64,000 bases of DNA from Octopus sinensis. Its lineage: Eukaryota. The DNA lies in NCBI RefSeq assembly GCF_006345805.1, contig NC_043026.1, forward strand, positions 10,664,001 through 10,728,000, read 5' to 3'. Below are positions 12,460-26,317 of the stretch, piece after piece. The position numbers and the translations under genes are program-made. How positions within the stretch are numbered: position 1 is the first letter of the stretch; every line of letters starts with the position of its first letter. The notes beneath the pieces are model-generated. The model made no database searches, was not told the origin of the DNA, and was given only the letters and a program-made list of their open reading frames with translations.

Positions 12460-13740
12460 TCCTGTACAACTACCACAAACACATTATACTTTGTTAACCT
12501 TCTTGTAGTTCCATTGCACCTATTATGTGTCCCTATTCAGCACTGAGTATACCATATGGAATTTCTACCTGCACCTTCACTACAAAGAATCTAGGACCAT
12601 TTACCCAAATGGATTAGAGAACTGTCTGTTTTCTTGATAACTAGAACCTTGGTCTTGGCTAAGTTAACTTAAAGACTCTTGCAGGCTTTGTGTTCACACC
12701 TGAAATTTCATTTCTGAATCTACTACAGTTTCAACAATAAGGATGAAGTTATCAGCATAGAGGAGTTCTCATGAACAACCAGTCTTAAATTTTTCTGGAA
12801 TTTTGCAGCAGCCACAGATCTAGCCTGGAGCCTTCAGTTGGTTGTCTCATGGCACCAACACTGTCGCATTTTTATGTGGAAATAAACATCAGCAGGGTCA
12901 CCTTGTTAGACAAACACCCTACAATTACATTATATTTGCTTACCTAGGTAATAAAAAGACCACTTTCTCAAACAAGGCCATCTCCTTAAAAGGATTTATA
13001 ATTTGTTTGCTTTCCTACTTACTACAACTTTGGTCTTTCCTAACTTAAGTCTAAGGCATTTTGATTCCAGACATGTCCACATCTGAAACCTATTATGTAA
13101 CTTGAGTAAAGAATTAGCTATAAGAACAAAATCACAGATCTAGAGGAGCTCCTAAAACCACCTCACCTTAAATTCCTGTTATGACCTGAAGGACTATGAT
13201 AAATAAGAGGGAGCTGAGACCTTGGTGACCTCCTACTTGTACACTAAATTTAGTTAAACACTCTTTGCTAACTTTTACCTTACTGACATTATCCCTGGAT
13301 ATGGCTTGTATGGTATTCATCTCTTCCCAGCTTCCACATTGACCACCAGATAAGGGAGTGAGGAACCCTGTCAACAGCTTTTTCCATGTTTACAAAAGCC
13401 AAGTACAGAGATTAATCTGTTGCTGAATTTTTATCCAGCAGTTGCCTTACTAGGAAGATAGCTTCTTCCAGGAACAAAACCAAACTGCATCTCATGTAAT
13501 TCAACTCCCTTCCTAATTACATAGGATGTGACCCTGACAAAAACAGGATGGAGTTGAAAAGCTTTTATCCTCAATTTTATTAAGATAATCTAGATGCTTG
13601 TAAACTTTCATCTGCTAGTTTTAGTATAAAAAAAACAATTCTTCAGAAAGTTAAGAGAAAACAGTCTGTTGTGGGGCCCTAAACCATAGTTATGCCACAT
13701 GTTTGTTAGTGGTATCTTCCATTTTGTTATGGAGGTCATT
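12460..13740 (-). mobile_element. Two tandem decayed RTE-clade LINE fragments (RT domain)
   Basis: LYLAFVNMEKA, QVGGHQG..LLFIIVLQ, ELLYADNFIL and VNLAKTKVLV motifs with stops and frameshifts; the YADD-to-Cys-rich segment occurs twice. Confidence 0.85.
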
Positions 13741-13819
13741 TCTTATTTATATATTTGACAAATTCACATATGGCTTTGAAAAAAACCATAAACATTTAAA
13801 ACTTAAGGAATAAATATAT

Positions 13820-14035
13820 AGATTTGGCTGTGGAAACCATGCCAAATCAGACTGGAGTTTGGTGAAGCCCCTCAGCTGACCAGCCCTGATCAAGCTGATC
13901 AACCCATGCCAGCATGGACATCATCATCATCATCATCGTTTAACGTCCGTTCTCCATGCTAGCATGGGTTGGACGTTTCGACCGGGGATCTGGGAAGCCA
14001 GAAGGCTGCACCAGGCTCCATTAAATGATGATGAT
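13820..14035. mobile_element. Young family C SINE fragment (-) nested in the tail of an older (+) copy
   Basis: (CAT)n-CGTTTAACGTCCG tail at 13918; the older copy's TTAAATGATGAT tail resumes at ~14021. Confidence 0.7.
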
Positions 14036-14549
14036 AAATTAGGGAAGTGATATTCAACAAAGAGCCATGTACAGGGTTGCAAGTAGGAGGAATTTCAATA
14101 TAGAGATCATGGGAAATGAAATGGAAATGGAAGCAAAGGATGAAGCTGGGAGAAAATTTTAGAATAAAAATGCAAAAACTGAAAATTTTGGAGTCGTAAT
14201 GTCTTTTACATGAAACGCAGGAATATTAAAAAGAAAAGAAATTTACAATGGAACCCATACAAACTAGCTCTTTCCTTTCTCATCCGTCTGAATGCATTTG
14301 TGTGCAGTTGATTTATTAATTAATTCAGTGAATGATTTACTAGTGTAATGGCTTTTCTTTTGTATGAATACGCTTGTGTGAAGGCAATGTACAATGGTCA
14401 GAGAATGATTTAATGCACATCAGAGAGATATGGTTTCTCTCCTGTATCAATAAGTTTGCACATAGTTAGGTTAACACTTTCATCAAATGGTTTTAAACAG
14501 ATATCTCGACAATATGGTCTCTCTGCTGAATGAAGACATTTGTGCATTA

Positions 14550-14648
<99 letters not shown>

Positions 14649-14679
14649 CTATGATTTAGTAGACATCATTGTAGTATTA

Positions 14680-14988
<309 letters not shown>

Positions 14989-16110
14989 TTAACCACAAAT
15001 ATCACAGTGATATGGAGTCTCTCCTGTATGAATACGTCTGTGCATAATGAAGTTACCACTATAACAGAATGATTTACCACAGACATCACAGTGATAAGGC
15101 TTCTCTCCTGAATGAGTACGTTTGTGTGTAGATAATGTACTAATGTCACTGAATGATTTACCACAGATATCACAGTGATATGGTTTCTCTCCTGTATGAA
15201 TACGCTTGTGTGTAGTTAAAGCACTACTAACAGTGAATGATTTATCACAGATATCACAATGGAATGGCTTCTCTCCTGTATGAATACGTTTGTGTGCAGT
15301 TATGCCACTACTCTGAGAGAATGATTTACCACAGATATCACAATGATATGGTTTCTTTCCTGTATGAATGTGTATGTGTGAAGTTAAATGACTACTGTAA
15401 GAGAATGATTTACCACAGATATCACAATGATATGGCTTCTCTCCTGTATGAATACGTCTGTGTTTTGTTAAAGTACTATTTCGAGAGAATGATTTATCAC
15501 AGACATCACAATGATATGGTTTCTCTCCTGTATGAATACGTTTGTGTTCTGTTAGGTCAGTGTTTCCAGAGAATGATGAACCACAGACATCACAATGATA
15601 TGGTTTCTCTCCTGTATGAACACGTTTGTGCATAATGAAGTTAATACTCCTATCACGGAATGATTTACCACAGACATCAAAGTGATATGGTTTCTCTCCT
15701 GTATGAATACGTCTGTGTTTGGTTAAAGCACTACCAACAGTGAATGATTTATCACAGATATCACAATGGAATGGCTTCTCTCCTGTATGAATACGTTTGT
15801 GTGCAGTTATGCCACTACTCTGAGAGAATGATTTACCACAGATATCACAATTATAGGGTTTCTCCCCTGTATGAATGCGTATGTGTGAAGTTAAGGCACT
15901 ACTTTGAGAGAATGATTTACCACAGATATCACAATGGTATGGTCTCTCTCCTTTATGAATATGTTTGTGTTTGGTTAAGTGACTTTTCTTAGTGAATGAT
16001 TTACCACAGACATCACAATCATATGACAACTTTTGTCTCTCTTTTATCATGTCTTCATGAGAAATCAGTTCTTTAAGCTTCTTACTCATTTCCATTATTA
16101 TTGTTTTCAA
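14989..16110 (-). CDS. C2H2 zinc-finger protein ZNF-B, 373 aa, 12 fingers (one degenerate), truncated; possible pseudogene
   Basis: Ends ..YHCDICG* where paralogous fingers read CGK (AAA>TAA); one finger has Cys>Phe and an extra codon. Confidence 0.85.
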   Translation of the reverse strand: MKTIIMEMSKKLKELISHEDMIKERQKLSYDCDVCGKSFTKKSHLTKHKHIHKGERPYHCDICGKSFSQSSALTSHIRIHTGEKPYNCDICGKSFSQSSGITAHKRIHTGEKPFHCDICDKSFTVGSALTKHRRIHTGEKPYHFDVCGKSFRDRSINFIMHKRVHTGEKPYHCDVCGSSFSGNTDLTEHKRIHTGEKPYHCDVCDKSFSRNSTLTKHRRIHTGEKPYHCDICGKSFSYSSHLTSHIHIHTGKKPYHCDICGKSFSQSSGITAHKRIHTGEKPFHCDICDKSFTVSSALTTHKRIHTGEKPYHCDICGKSFSDISTLSTHKRTHSGEKPYHCDVCGKSFCYSGNFIMHRRIHTGETPYHCDICG

Positions 16111-16573
16111 ATTACAATGTACACATACTTTTCTTGTTTTTTGTTCTTATCGTTCAATCGTATATATACTTCCACTGTTGTCTTTTTGGCCAGTTATCTT
16201 TCTCTAACAACACTTTTGTAAAGCTATCCAAGTTTACATTCAGTCAGTGATGTGCAAAACTTTTGCTAATAATAACATATTAGGACAAATATTTCACAGA
16301 AATATATAAGATTTATAGAAACAGTGTTATAAATCTGTTTTATATCTCATTTTCTTTTAGTCTTAAAAGATGATAAATATTGAGAATGTATCTTCTGTTA
16401 AGCAAATGTCATTTGATATTCTGAAATAATAAAGAAACAACAGTGTAAGATAAAGAGACTGCTTTAAAAATACAGATTCAATAGTGGAAAATTTACAGCA
16501 TTTCTACAGAGATAAACTTTAGTAGAAATAAACATTTACGTGAATGACTGAACTTTTTAATGTATTAAAATTT

Positions 16574-17371
16574 ACAGGCACCCATGCCAACCCTCTTTGC
16601 TTGCGAAGACATGTTGGGGCAAGCGAAAGCGAAATCGAAATCGAATTGAACCAGCCAGGATCCCTGGTCTGGTGGTACATAAAAAGCACTATCTGACTCG
16701 TGGCCGATGCCAGTGCCGCCTCCACTGGCTTCCGTGCCGGTGGCACGTAAAATACACCAATCCGACCGTATGACAGGCACCCATGCCAACCCCCTTTGCT
16801 TGCGAAGACATGTTGGGGCAAGCGAAAGCGAAATCGAATTGAACCAGCCAGGATCCCTGGTCTGGTGGTACGTAAAAAGCACTATCCGACTCGTGGCCGA
16901 TGCCAGCGCCGCCTCCACTGGCTTCCGTGCCGGTGGCACATAAAATACACCAATCCGACCGTATGACAGGCACCCATGCCAACCCCCTTTGCTTGCGAAG
17001 ACATGTTGGGGCAAGCGAAATCAAAATCAAATTGAACCAGCCAGGATCCCTGGTCTGGTGGTACGTAAAAAGCACTATCCGACTCGTGGCCGATGCCAGC
17101 GCCGCCTCGACTGGCTTCCGTGCCGGTGGCACATAAAATACACCAATCCGACCGTGGCCATTGCCAGCGTCACCTGGCACCTGTGCAGGTGGCACGTAAA
17201 AAGCACCCACTACACTCACAGAGTGGTTGGCGTTAGGAAGGGCATCCAGCTGTAGAAACATTGCCAGATAAGACTGGAGCCTGGTGCAGCCTTCTGGCTT
17301 CTCAGATCCCCGGTCGAACCGTCCAACCCATGGAGAACGGACGTTAAACGATGATGATGATGATGATGATG
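16574..17371 (+). mobile_element. SINE family C with a triplicated ~195-bp 5' module
   Basis: Modules start at 16574, 16773 and 16966; GGACGTTAAACGATGATGAT tail; absent at the homologous site of A, C and D. Confidence 0.9.
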
Positions 17372-17415
17372 ATCACAGAATTTTGTGTGTAGCTTACATG
17401 TTTGTAAACCGCAGC

Positions 17416-18090
17416 TTTGCTAGCTATGCTGATGACACAAAAGTCACTCAGACAATTCAGAATCCTCGACATATTGTACATCTGCAACTGGAGTTGGACG
17501 CAATTTACAGGTGGGCCCAGGACAACAACATGCAGTTTAATGCAGGAAATTTCCAAGCCCTGCACAACCGGCACACAAAGCTGAATGACAAGCAGACTGG
17601 ATAAATTAGCCTGAGAGGAATTACAATCCCTGAATCAAAATCAGTGCATGATTTGGGTACTGACACGAGTAATGATGCATCATTCTAGGTGCATGTTACG
17701 AATTTTGGTAATAAAATGCAGACGGCTAGCTGAATAGATCCTCTGAACTTTCAGAACAAGAGTAGAGCAAACAATAATGGTCCCTTGGAAGACAAATATC
17801 CTCAGGCACTTGGACTACTGCTCTTAACTATGGTCAACACAGTATAAAATTAACAGCGAAACTTGAAGCAATCCAACGGAGCTACACAAAGAAAACCGTC
17901 TTAATGCAATGTATGAGCTACTGGAGTTAACACACTTCTCCCTAGAATGAAGGCAGGAAAGTTATGCAGTAATATACATCTGGAAAATTCTGAAACATTG
18001 GCATTGAATGTTACATAAATAGCAGAATGGGGCACCATTGCACAGTGTCAAAGACTCTACCATTACCATCAAAAAACAGGACCAGATTGA
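17416..18090 (+). mobile_element. Decayed CR1/L2-group LINE ORF2 fragment
   Basis: FASYADDTKV..LQLELDAIYRWAQDNNMQFN, later ..HLDYCS*LWS..LEAIQRSYTKK..YAVIYIWKIL. Confidence 0.85.
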
Positions 18091-18094
18091 AGAG

Positions 18095-18640
18095 TATACA
18101 TTCTTCGCATGGCGTTCCCTATTTGGTTGTGGTTGGGCCTTTTCTCCTTCACCAAGCTAACATCTACAATACTTAACATTTTGAAAAAAGGCTCACTTTT
18201 CATCACTGGTTACCAGTCTATCCATAGAGGGTGAGATGAGTTCACAAGAAAGAAAAGAGCAGATGTCCACTTGGGATTTGCAGTTGGCTTCAGACAAATC
18301 ATGAGGTACCCATTTTCCAAGCTGTCGAAGATGGTGGTGAACAGTTGAATGGCTGGAACAAAGCTTACTAGCTAATTCTTCAAATAAAACTGCATGATCT
18401 TTTCTGCCAAAAAGAGCTTGTCTTCAAACTCAATTGGACGTCCTGTTTGGGCCTCATTTGCAAGGCTGAAAATGAGGCTCCACTTCTGAATTTTACAAAT
18501 CATCTTTTGCGGTTTTTTCATTCAGGCACTCTTCTCTATAAGCTGAGGGAATATTTTGAGTTACTTCGGCTGCAGAGTTCCCTTTTTAAAACCCAAAGTA
18601 TTATGTGCCTCAAATATTCCTTAGACACCTCCATGTTTGA
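18095..18640 (-). mobile_element. Decayed mariner transposase, N-terminal half
   Basis: MEVSKEYLRHII..TGRPIEF..SHSTVHHHLRQLGKWVPHDLSE..DRLVTSDEK* (WVPHEL motif and first catalytic D). Confidence 0.85.
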
Positions 18641-18689
18641 AGTTATAACTAGTAAAATTTCAATTAGTAATCTGCTACCAAAAAAGTAA

Positions 18690-19500
18690 TAGCTCTCCAA
18701 ACTTTGCTATGTTGGTTCTTATTGTAGGAACATTCTCTTCCACTGCCAACTTGGTTGCATAGGTAACAGAAGCTACTACTTGTAAAGATACCCTATACAT
18801 TTGAGGAAGTCTACTTTCTGTACATTCTTAGTGTTTAAAGACTACTTTTTCAATCAAGGCCATCTCCTTGTAGGGATTAGGAATTTGTCTGCTTTCCTAC
18901 TTACTAGGACTTTGGTCTTTGCTAAATTAACTCCAAGGCATTTTGATTCCAGACGTGTCTTCACCTGTAATCTATTCTCTAACTCAAGTAAACAATTAGC
19001 TATAAAAAAGGTCACTGACATAGAGGAGCTCCCAAGGTCATCCGGTCTTAAATTTCTCTGTTATGGTCTGAAAGACAAAGATAAATAAGAGATAAGGGAA
19101 TGAGGAACTCTGTCAAAAGCTTTCTCCATGTTGACAAGAGCTAAGTACAGAGGTTTATCTGTCACTAAATTCTCCAGTAGTTGCCTTACTAGGAAGATAG
19201 CATTAGTAGTGCTTCTTCTAGGCACAAATTAAAACTGCATTGCCTCTAGGCCAGCTCCCTTCCTAATTACATGGGATATGATACTAGCAAAAGCAGGGTG
19301 GAGTTCAGAAGGATCTCAATCTTCTTGGAAAACTATTTTCATCAATTTTATTAATATAATTGTAAGCTAGATCCTTGAAAACTTAAATCTGCTAAGTTTA
19401 ATTTAAAAAACAATTCTTCAGAAAGTTAAGAGAAAACAGTCTGTTGTGGGGCCCTAAACCATAGTTATGCTCCATGCTTTTGTGGTATCTTCCATTTTGT
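18690..19500 (-). mobile_element. Decayed RTE-clade LINE fragment, paralogous to 12850-13740
   Basis: LESKCLGVNLAKTKVLVSRKA motif; shares a ~70-bp nearly identical terminal block (19420-19480 vs 13636-13700). Confidence 0.85.
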
Positions 19501-19516
19501 ATTGGAGATCATTGTT

Positions 19517-19850
19517 TCATTTCATTTCATTTCATTTGAGTTTGAGTCCATGCTCAGGCCAAGTCGAAGACTCCACCCTCAGAGTCTGGTGTGGTTGCCA
19601 GGTTGTATTCTCTGTTTAATTTTGACATGTGTAGGAGCGAGTTTGAGTCAGTTTGTGCTCGTTGTGTATATCCTGGGAGATGGGGTTCATCTCTAATGGT
19701 GCTTAAGTATCTATCCAGCTGCAATTTGAATGATTCCACACTGCATCCTGATAGATTTCTGACATGTACTGGAATGGAGTTGAATAGTTGTGCTCCTCGA
19801 ACCAACAGACTTGGTTTATTTATATATTTGATAATTTTGCTGCATTTCTG
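19517..19850 (-). mobile_element. 5'-truncated CR1/L2-group LINE 3' end with (AAATG)n tail
   Basis: VRGAQLFNSIPVHVRNLSGCSVESFKLQLDRYLSTIRDEP..SNSL, then the tail repeat at 19517-19540. Confidence 0.8.
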
Positions 19851-20308
19851 TGTTTGAAAAACCCTAACAGTGAAGTATTTGAAATTTAATAATGAATAAA
19901 TACACAGTAAATTAGGGACATGATATTCAACAAAGAGCCATGTGTAGGGTTGCTAGGAGGAGGAATTTCAATATAAAGGTTCCTACATCATGGGAAATGA
20001 AACAGGAATGGAAGCAACTGATGGAGCTGAGAAAAAATTTTAAAAGAAAGGAAGAAGAAAAACTGAGATTTTTGGAGAAACATTATTTTCATTGTTGTGA
20101 TGTCAATTACATGAAACGGGAACATTGAAAAAAAAAAAGCAAGTTTACAAAAGAACCAATACAAAATCGCATTTTCCTTTCTCCCCAGTATGAATACATT
20201 TATGTGCAGTTAATTTACTATTTTCAGTGAATGATTTACCAGTGAAATGGCTTCACTTTTGTATGAATACATTTGTATGAAGTCAAGGCACGATGGTCAG
20301 ACAATGAT

Positions 20309-21757
20309 TTAGAAGGCATCACTTTGATATGGAATCTCTCTTGCATGAATATGTTTGTGTTTAGTTAGGTTACTATTTTGAGAGAATGATTTGCCACAGA
20401 TGTCACAGTGATATGGCTTCTCTCCTGAATGAAGACGCACATGTCTAGTTAAATGACTACGATCAGAGAATGAATTACCACAGACATTGCAACAATATGG
20501 CTTCTCTCCAGTATGAATACGTTTATGTCTAGTTAAGCTATCACTTTTAGTGAAGGATTTACCACAGATATCACAGTCATATAGTGTCTCTCCAGAATGA
20601 AGACGTTTGTGTGCAGTTATCTCACTACTCTTAGAGAATGATTTACCACAGATATCACAATGATATATCTTCTCTCTTGCATGAATATATTTGTGTGCAG
20701 TTAAGTTACTACTGTCAGAAAATGATTTACTACAGATATCGCACTGATATGGTCTCTCTCCTGAATGAATACGTTTGTGTCTAGTTAAAGTACTTCCTAC
20801 AGTGAATGATTTACCACAGATATCACAATGATATGGCTTCTCTCCTGTATGAATACGTGTGTGTAAATATAAGTGACTATAGCCAGAGAATGATTTACCA
20901 CAGATAGCACAATGATATGGTTTCTCTCCTGAATGAAGACGTTTGTGTTGAGTTAAAGCACAACCAACAGTGAATGATTTGTCACAGATATCACACTGAT
21001 ATGGCTTCTCTCCTGTATGAAGACGTCTGTGTTTAGTTAAAGTACTACTAACAGTGAATGATTTACCACAGATATCACAATGATATGGTCTTTCTCCTGT
21101 ATGAATACGTATGTGTGAAGTTAAGCTACTACTGTCAGAGACTGATTTACCACAGATATCACAATGGTATGGTTTCTCTCCTGTATGTATACGTTTGTGA
21201 GCAGTAAAGCTAGTACTGTCAGAGAGCGATTTACTACATATATCACAATGATATGGTCTTTCTCCTGAATGAAGACGTTTGTGCTGAGTTAAAGCACTAC
21301 CATCAATGAATGATTTGTCACAGATATCACAATGATATGGCTTTTCTCCTGTATGAATACGTATATGTGTAGTTAAGTGGCCACTCTTAGAGAATGATTT
21401 GTCACAAATATCACAATGATATGGTCTCTCTCCTGTATGAACACGTTTGTGCACAACTAAGTGACTGTTTCGAGAGAATGATTTACCACAGATATCACAA
21501 TGAAATGGTTTTTCTCCTGTATGAATACGTCTGTGTTCTGTTAAGTGACTATTGTGAGTGAATAATTTACCACAGACATCACATTCACATGACAATTTTC
21601 GTCTCTTTTTTATCATGTCTTCATGGGAAATCAATTCTTTAAGCTTCTCATTCTTTTCCATTATTAATGTTCCCAAATCACAACGTATAAATACTTTGCT
21701 TTTTTTGTCCTTATCATTTAATCTTATGAATACTTCCACTGCTGTATTTCTGTCCAA
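20309..21757 (-). CDS. C2H2 zinc-finger protein ZNF-C, 482 aa, 15 fingers
   Basis: 56-aa leader + 15 x 28 aa + YQSDAF*. Confidence 0.95.
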   Translation of the reverse strand: MDRNTAVEVFIRLNDKDKKSKVFIRCDLGTLIMEKNEKLKELISHEDMIKKRRKLSCECDVCGKLFTHNSHLTEHRRIHTGEKPFHCDICGKSFSRNSHLVVHKRVHTGERPYHCDICDKSFSKSGHLTTHIRIHTGEKPYHCDICDKSFIDGSALTQHKRLHSGERPYHCDICSKSLSDSTSFTAHKRIHTGEKPYHCDICGKSVSDSSSLTSHIRIHTGERPYHCDICGKSFTVSSTLTKHRRLHTGEKPYQCDICDKSFTVGCALTQHKRLHSGEKPYHCAICGKSFSGYSHLYLHTRIHTGEKPYHCDICGKSFTVGSTLTRHKRIHSGERPYQCDICSKSFSDSSNLTAHKYIHAREKIYHCDICGKSFSKSSEITAHKRLHSGETLYDCDICGKSFTKSDSLTRHKRIHTGEKPYCCNVCGNSFSDRSHLTRHVRLHSGEKPYHCDICGKSFSQNSNLTKHKHIHAREIPYQSDAF

Positions 21758-22544
21758 TAATGATGATAAGGATAATGATGTTACCTTTCTCTAGCAACAC
21801 TTATGTAAATTCATCTTCTCGACACTTCAGTCAGAGATGTACAAAAATTCTCCAATAATATCAGATTACAACTTCTACCACAGATTTGTAGTAACACTTT
21901 TAAACATGTGCCGTGTATAGCACATTCATTTGGTCTTCAAATAATTTTAAATATTCACAATATTTCTTCTGTTATGTCAATGTCATATAATATCCTGAAA
22001 TAAAGGAAGAAACATCAGTGTAAGATACAGAGGTAACTTTAAGAATATAAATTCAACAGTGGATAATTTAGATTACTGTAGAGATAAACTTAAGAAACAA
22101 ACATTTACCTGAACAACTGAACTTTTTAATGTATTAAAATTTATATTACAGAATTTTCTGTGTAGCTTTGTAAACCACAGTTATGCCTTCATATTGTGTA
22201 ATATTATTTAGATTAAACTGCAGAATGGATATCAATAACATTATTTTCTCTCCTGAAATATAATTTGGCATTGTTGTCTAGCCCTGAAGAAGCTCTGAGT
22301 AAAACTATGATTAAAGACATTCCATCCATGAACATCCTTTCCTCTGTAGCATTGTATATCTAGGATTACACCATCCAATACAGTCTTTAATATTTATGAC
22401 CAAAAGGTGATATTTAAGAGAGATGTGCTCTTATTTCTAGTAGATTGTGTGACCACATACAGAACTATGAAGAAAACTATGTTCTTTTCACAGGTCCAAC
22501 CATTTTATTACAATACAAACAAAAATAACATTAACTACGTTAAA

Positions 22545-22990
22545 CTTACAAATTACAATTTTCTCAAGAAAGCCAAGAGGAAAAAATGTTTTATTTTGAC
22601 ACATTCTACCAGTATACAAGGTTTAAAAGTGTTTAGTTAACTAGAAATTGTGTTGAAAACTGCCGTTCAAAAGGAAAAGATCCACATCTTTTCTCTTGGC
22701 TCTATTGAGAAAATTCTATAGTTTGTAAGATATGTTGTTTTTTTCTTCAATTTCAACCAATCAGTGACGTCTATAGAGGTAGAAAAAAAAAAACATTCCA
22801 TGCCATATGAATATGTCCCTCGTTTAAGAAACAGATTGGGTTTATTTACATTTGTGAAGAAAAAAAAGATACCCTTCCCCCCCACCCCTAACCCTAAAAC
22901 AGATTGAAATGCAATAGATCGATACTAGGGTCATAATTATGGGTGACAATTTCATATGACACTGCTAGAAAAAACTGCTGTTCAAACCGA
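22545..22990. mobile_element. Two opposed fragments of the 1886-2258 MITE family
   Basis: 22545-22683 matches its right part in + orientation; 22690-22990 matches its left part reverse-complemented. Confidence 0.8.
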
Positions 22991-23367
22991 AAAGATCCAA
23001 AAATTATTTACTCTGTGTAAAAAAAATTATTTACTTTGTTTAACCCCCCCCCCCCCATTTTATTTGATATATATTCAGCTTTTACATACATCCATGTTTT
23101 GTGCATGCGCGCATCTATTAATTTGCATACGCGCACACGCGCTTGGTAGTCGTTGTAGGACGACGTCACGACGAGCTAGCGCGGATCGGGACCCCCTCTA
23201 CTTGAATAGTATCCAATAAAGTATTGGTTTCTGAATATTTCAGTGGTTGGAGTGCGTTTGAGATTATTTCTCAAACAAACAAACTAACGGGGCGACGATG
23301 GAGTGTAGAAAGTAGCTTCTATAGCTATAAATTGCAGCCAAATCACGTAGAAATCAGACATTTCTCT

Positions 23368-26027
23368 TCCATAGCTAGAAATAGCAGCCAAATCTTGCAC
23401 AAATCATGGACATCTTTCATCCATAGCTAGAAATGACAGCCAAATCTTGCACAAATCATAGACATCTTTCATCCATAGCTAGAAATGACAGCCAAATCTT
23501 GCACAAATCATAGACATCTTTCATCCATAGCTAGAAATGGCAGCCAAATCTTGCACAAATCATAGACATCTTTCATCCATAGCTAGAAATGACAGCCAAA
23601 TCTTGCACAAATCATAGACATTTTTCATCCATAGCTAGAAATAGCAGCCAAATCTTGCACAAATCATAGACATCTTTCATCCATAGCTAGAAATGACAGC
23701 CAAATCTTGCACAAATCATAGATATTTTTCATCCATAGCTAGAAATGACAGCCAAATCTTGCACAAATCATAGACATCTTTTATCCATAGCTAGAAATGA
23801 CAGCCAAATCTTGCACAAATCATGGACATCATTCATCCATAGTTAGAAATGACAGCCAAATCTTGCACAAATCATAGACATCTTTCATCCATAGCTAGAA
23901 ATGACAGCCTAAATCCTGCACAAATCATGGACATCTTTCATCCATAGCTAGAAATGACAGCCAAATCTTGCACAAATCATAGACATCTTTCATCCATAGC
24001 TAGAAATGACAGCCAAATCTTGCACAAATCATAGACATCTTTCATTCATAGCTAGAAATGACAGCCAAATCTTGAACAAATCATAGACATCTTTCATCCA
24101 TAGCTAGAAATGACAGCCAAATCTTGCACAAATCATGGACATCATTCATCCATAGTTAGAAATGACAGCCAAATCTTGCAGAAATCATAGACATCTTTCA
24201 TCCATAGCTAGAAATGACAGCCTAAATCCTGCACAAATCATGGACATCTTTCATCCATAGCTAGAAATGACAGCCAAATCTTGCACAAATCATGGACATC
24301 ATTCATCCATAGTTAGAAATGACAGCCAAATCTTGCACAAATCATAGACATCTTTCATCCATAGCTAGAAATGACAGCCTAAATCCTGCACAAATCATGG
24401 ACATCTTTCATCCATAGCTAGAAATGACAGCCAAATCTTGCACAAATCATGGACATCATTCATCCATAGTTAGAAATGACAGCCAAATCTTGCACAAATC
24501 ATAGACATCTTTCATCCATAGCTAGAAATGACAGCCAAATCTTGCACAAATCATAGACATCTTTCATCCATAGCTAGAAATGACAGCCTAAATCCTGCAC
24601 AAATCATGGACATCTTTCATCCATAGCTAGAAATGACAGCCAAATCTTGCACAAATCATGGACATCATTCATCCATAGTTAGAAATGACAGCCAAATCTT
24701 GCACAAATCATAGACATCTTTCATCCATAGCTAGAAATGACAGCCTAAATCCTGCACAAATCATGGACATCTTTCATCCATAGCTAGAAATGACAGCCAA
24801 ATCTTGCACAAATCATGGACATCATTCATCCATAGTTAGAAATGACAGCCAAATCTTGCACAAATCATACACATCTTTCATCCATAGCTAGAAATGACAG
24901 CCTAAATCCTGCACAAATCATGGACATCTTTCATCCATAGCTAGAAATGACAGCCAAATCTTGCACAAATCATAGATATCTTTCATCCATAGCTAGAAAT
25001 GACAGCCAAATCTTGCACAAATCATAGACATCTTTCATCCATAGCTAGAAATGACAGCCAAATCTTGCACAAATCATGGACATCATTCATCCATAGTTAG
25101 AAATGACAGCCAAATCTTGCACAAATCATAGACATCTTTCATCCATAGCTAGAAATGACAGCCAAATCTTGCACAAATCATAGACATCTTTCATCCATAG
25201 CTAGAAATGACAGCCAAATCTTGCACAAATCATAGATATCTTTCATCCATAGCTAGAAATGACAGCCAAATCTTGCACAAATCAGACATTTTTCATCCAT
25301 AGCTAGAAATGACAGCCAAATCTTGCACAAATCATAGACATCTTTCATCCATAGCTAGAAATGACAGCCAAATCTTGCACAAATCATGGACATCTTTCAT
25401 CCATAGCTAGAAATGACAGCCAAATCTTGCACAAATCATAGACATCTTTCATCCATAGCTAGAAATGACAGCCAAATCTTGCACAAATCATAGACATCTT
25501 TCATCCATAGCTAGAAATGACAGCCAAATCTTGCACAAATCATAGACATCTTTCATCCATAGCTAGAAATGACAGCCAAATCTTGCACAAATCATAGACA
25601 TCTTTCATCCATAGCTAGAAATGACAGCCAAATCTTGCACAAATCATAGACATCTTTCATCCATAGCTAGAAATGACAGCCAAATCTTGCACAAATCATA
25701 GACATCTTTCATCCATAGCTAGAAATGACAGCCAAATCTTGCACAAATCATAGACATCTTTCATCCATAGCTAGAAATGACAGCCAAATCTTGCACAAAT
25801 CATAGACATCTTTCATCCATAGCTAGAAATGACAGCCAAATCTTGCACAAATCATAGACATCTTTCATCCATAGCTAGAAATGACAGCCAAATCTTGCAC
25901 AAATCATAGACATTTTTCATCCATAGCTAGAAATGACAGCCAAATCTTGCACAAATCATAGACATCTTTCATCCATAGCTAGAAACGACAGCCTAAATCC
26001 TGCACAAATCATGGTCATCTCTCATTC
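23368..26027. repeat. Tandem array of a 52-bp monomer, ~51 copies (intron 1 of ZNF-C)
   Basis: Consensus CCATAGCTAGAAATGACAGCCAAATCTTGCACAAATCATAGACATCTTTCAT. Confidence 0.97.
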
Positions 26028-26106
26028 ACAAAAGATAGAAGAGACACAAAGAACCGAAAGCTTTCAATATTAAAAAAATTGAATAGTTTCATTGTTTAGT
26101 ACTTAC

Positions 26107-26240
26107 AGAAATGTTTCATTAAGGATAGTGTTGTTATAAATGCGAGCATAATGTGTATTGAATGTATTAAAAGTGTGGGAATTACGAGAAATTTAAGTAA
26201 GAGGCAATTACGGAAGTACGTTTAATGCACATGCGCATGT
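26107..26240 (-). promoter_or_regulatory. Putative non-coding exon 1 and promoter of ZNF-C
   Basis: GTAAGT donor at 26106; ACGGAAGTA (ETS-like) at ~26210 and GCACATGCGCATG (NRF1-like) at ~26227-26239. Confidence 0.65.
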
Positions 26241-26317
26241 TTTATACGGAATGTTTACGGTAGCTATCATTTGTTACTTCCCTTTAATTTCCACAATTCT
26301 GCTGTCTCGCCGACCCT

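Noticed and set aside
17416-19850. Opposed CR1-type fragments as one element split by an inversion
   Set aside because: The intervening RTE relic keeps the same orientation relative to ZNF-C as its paralogue does to ZNF-B, so independent insertions are simpler.
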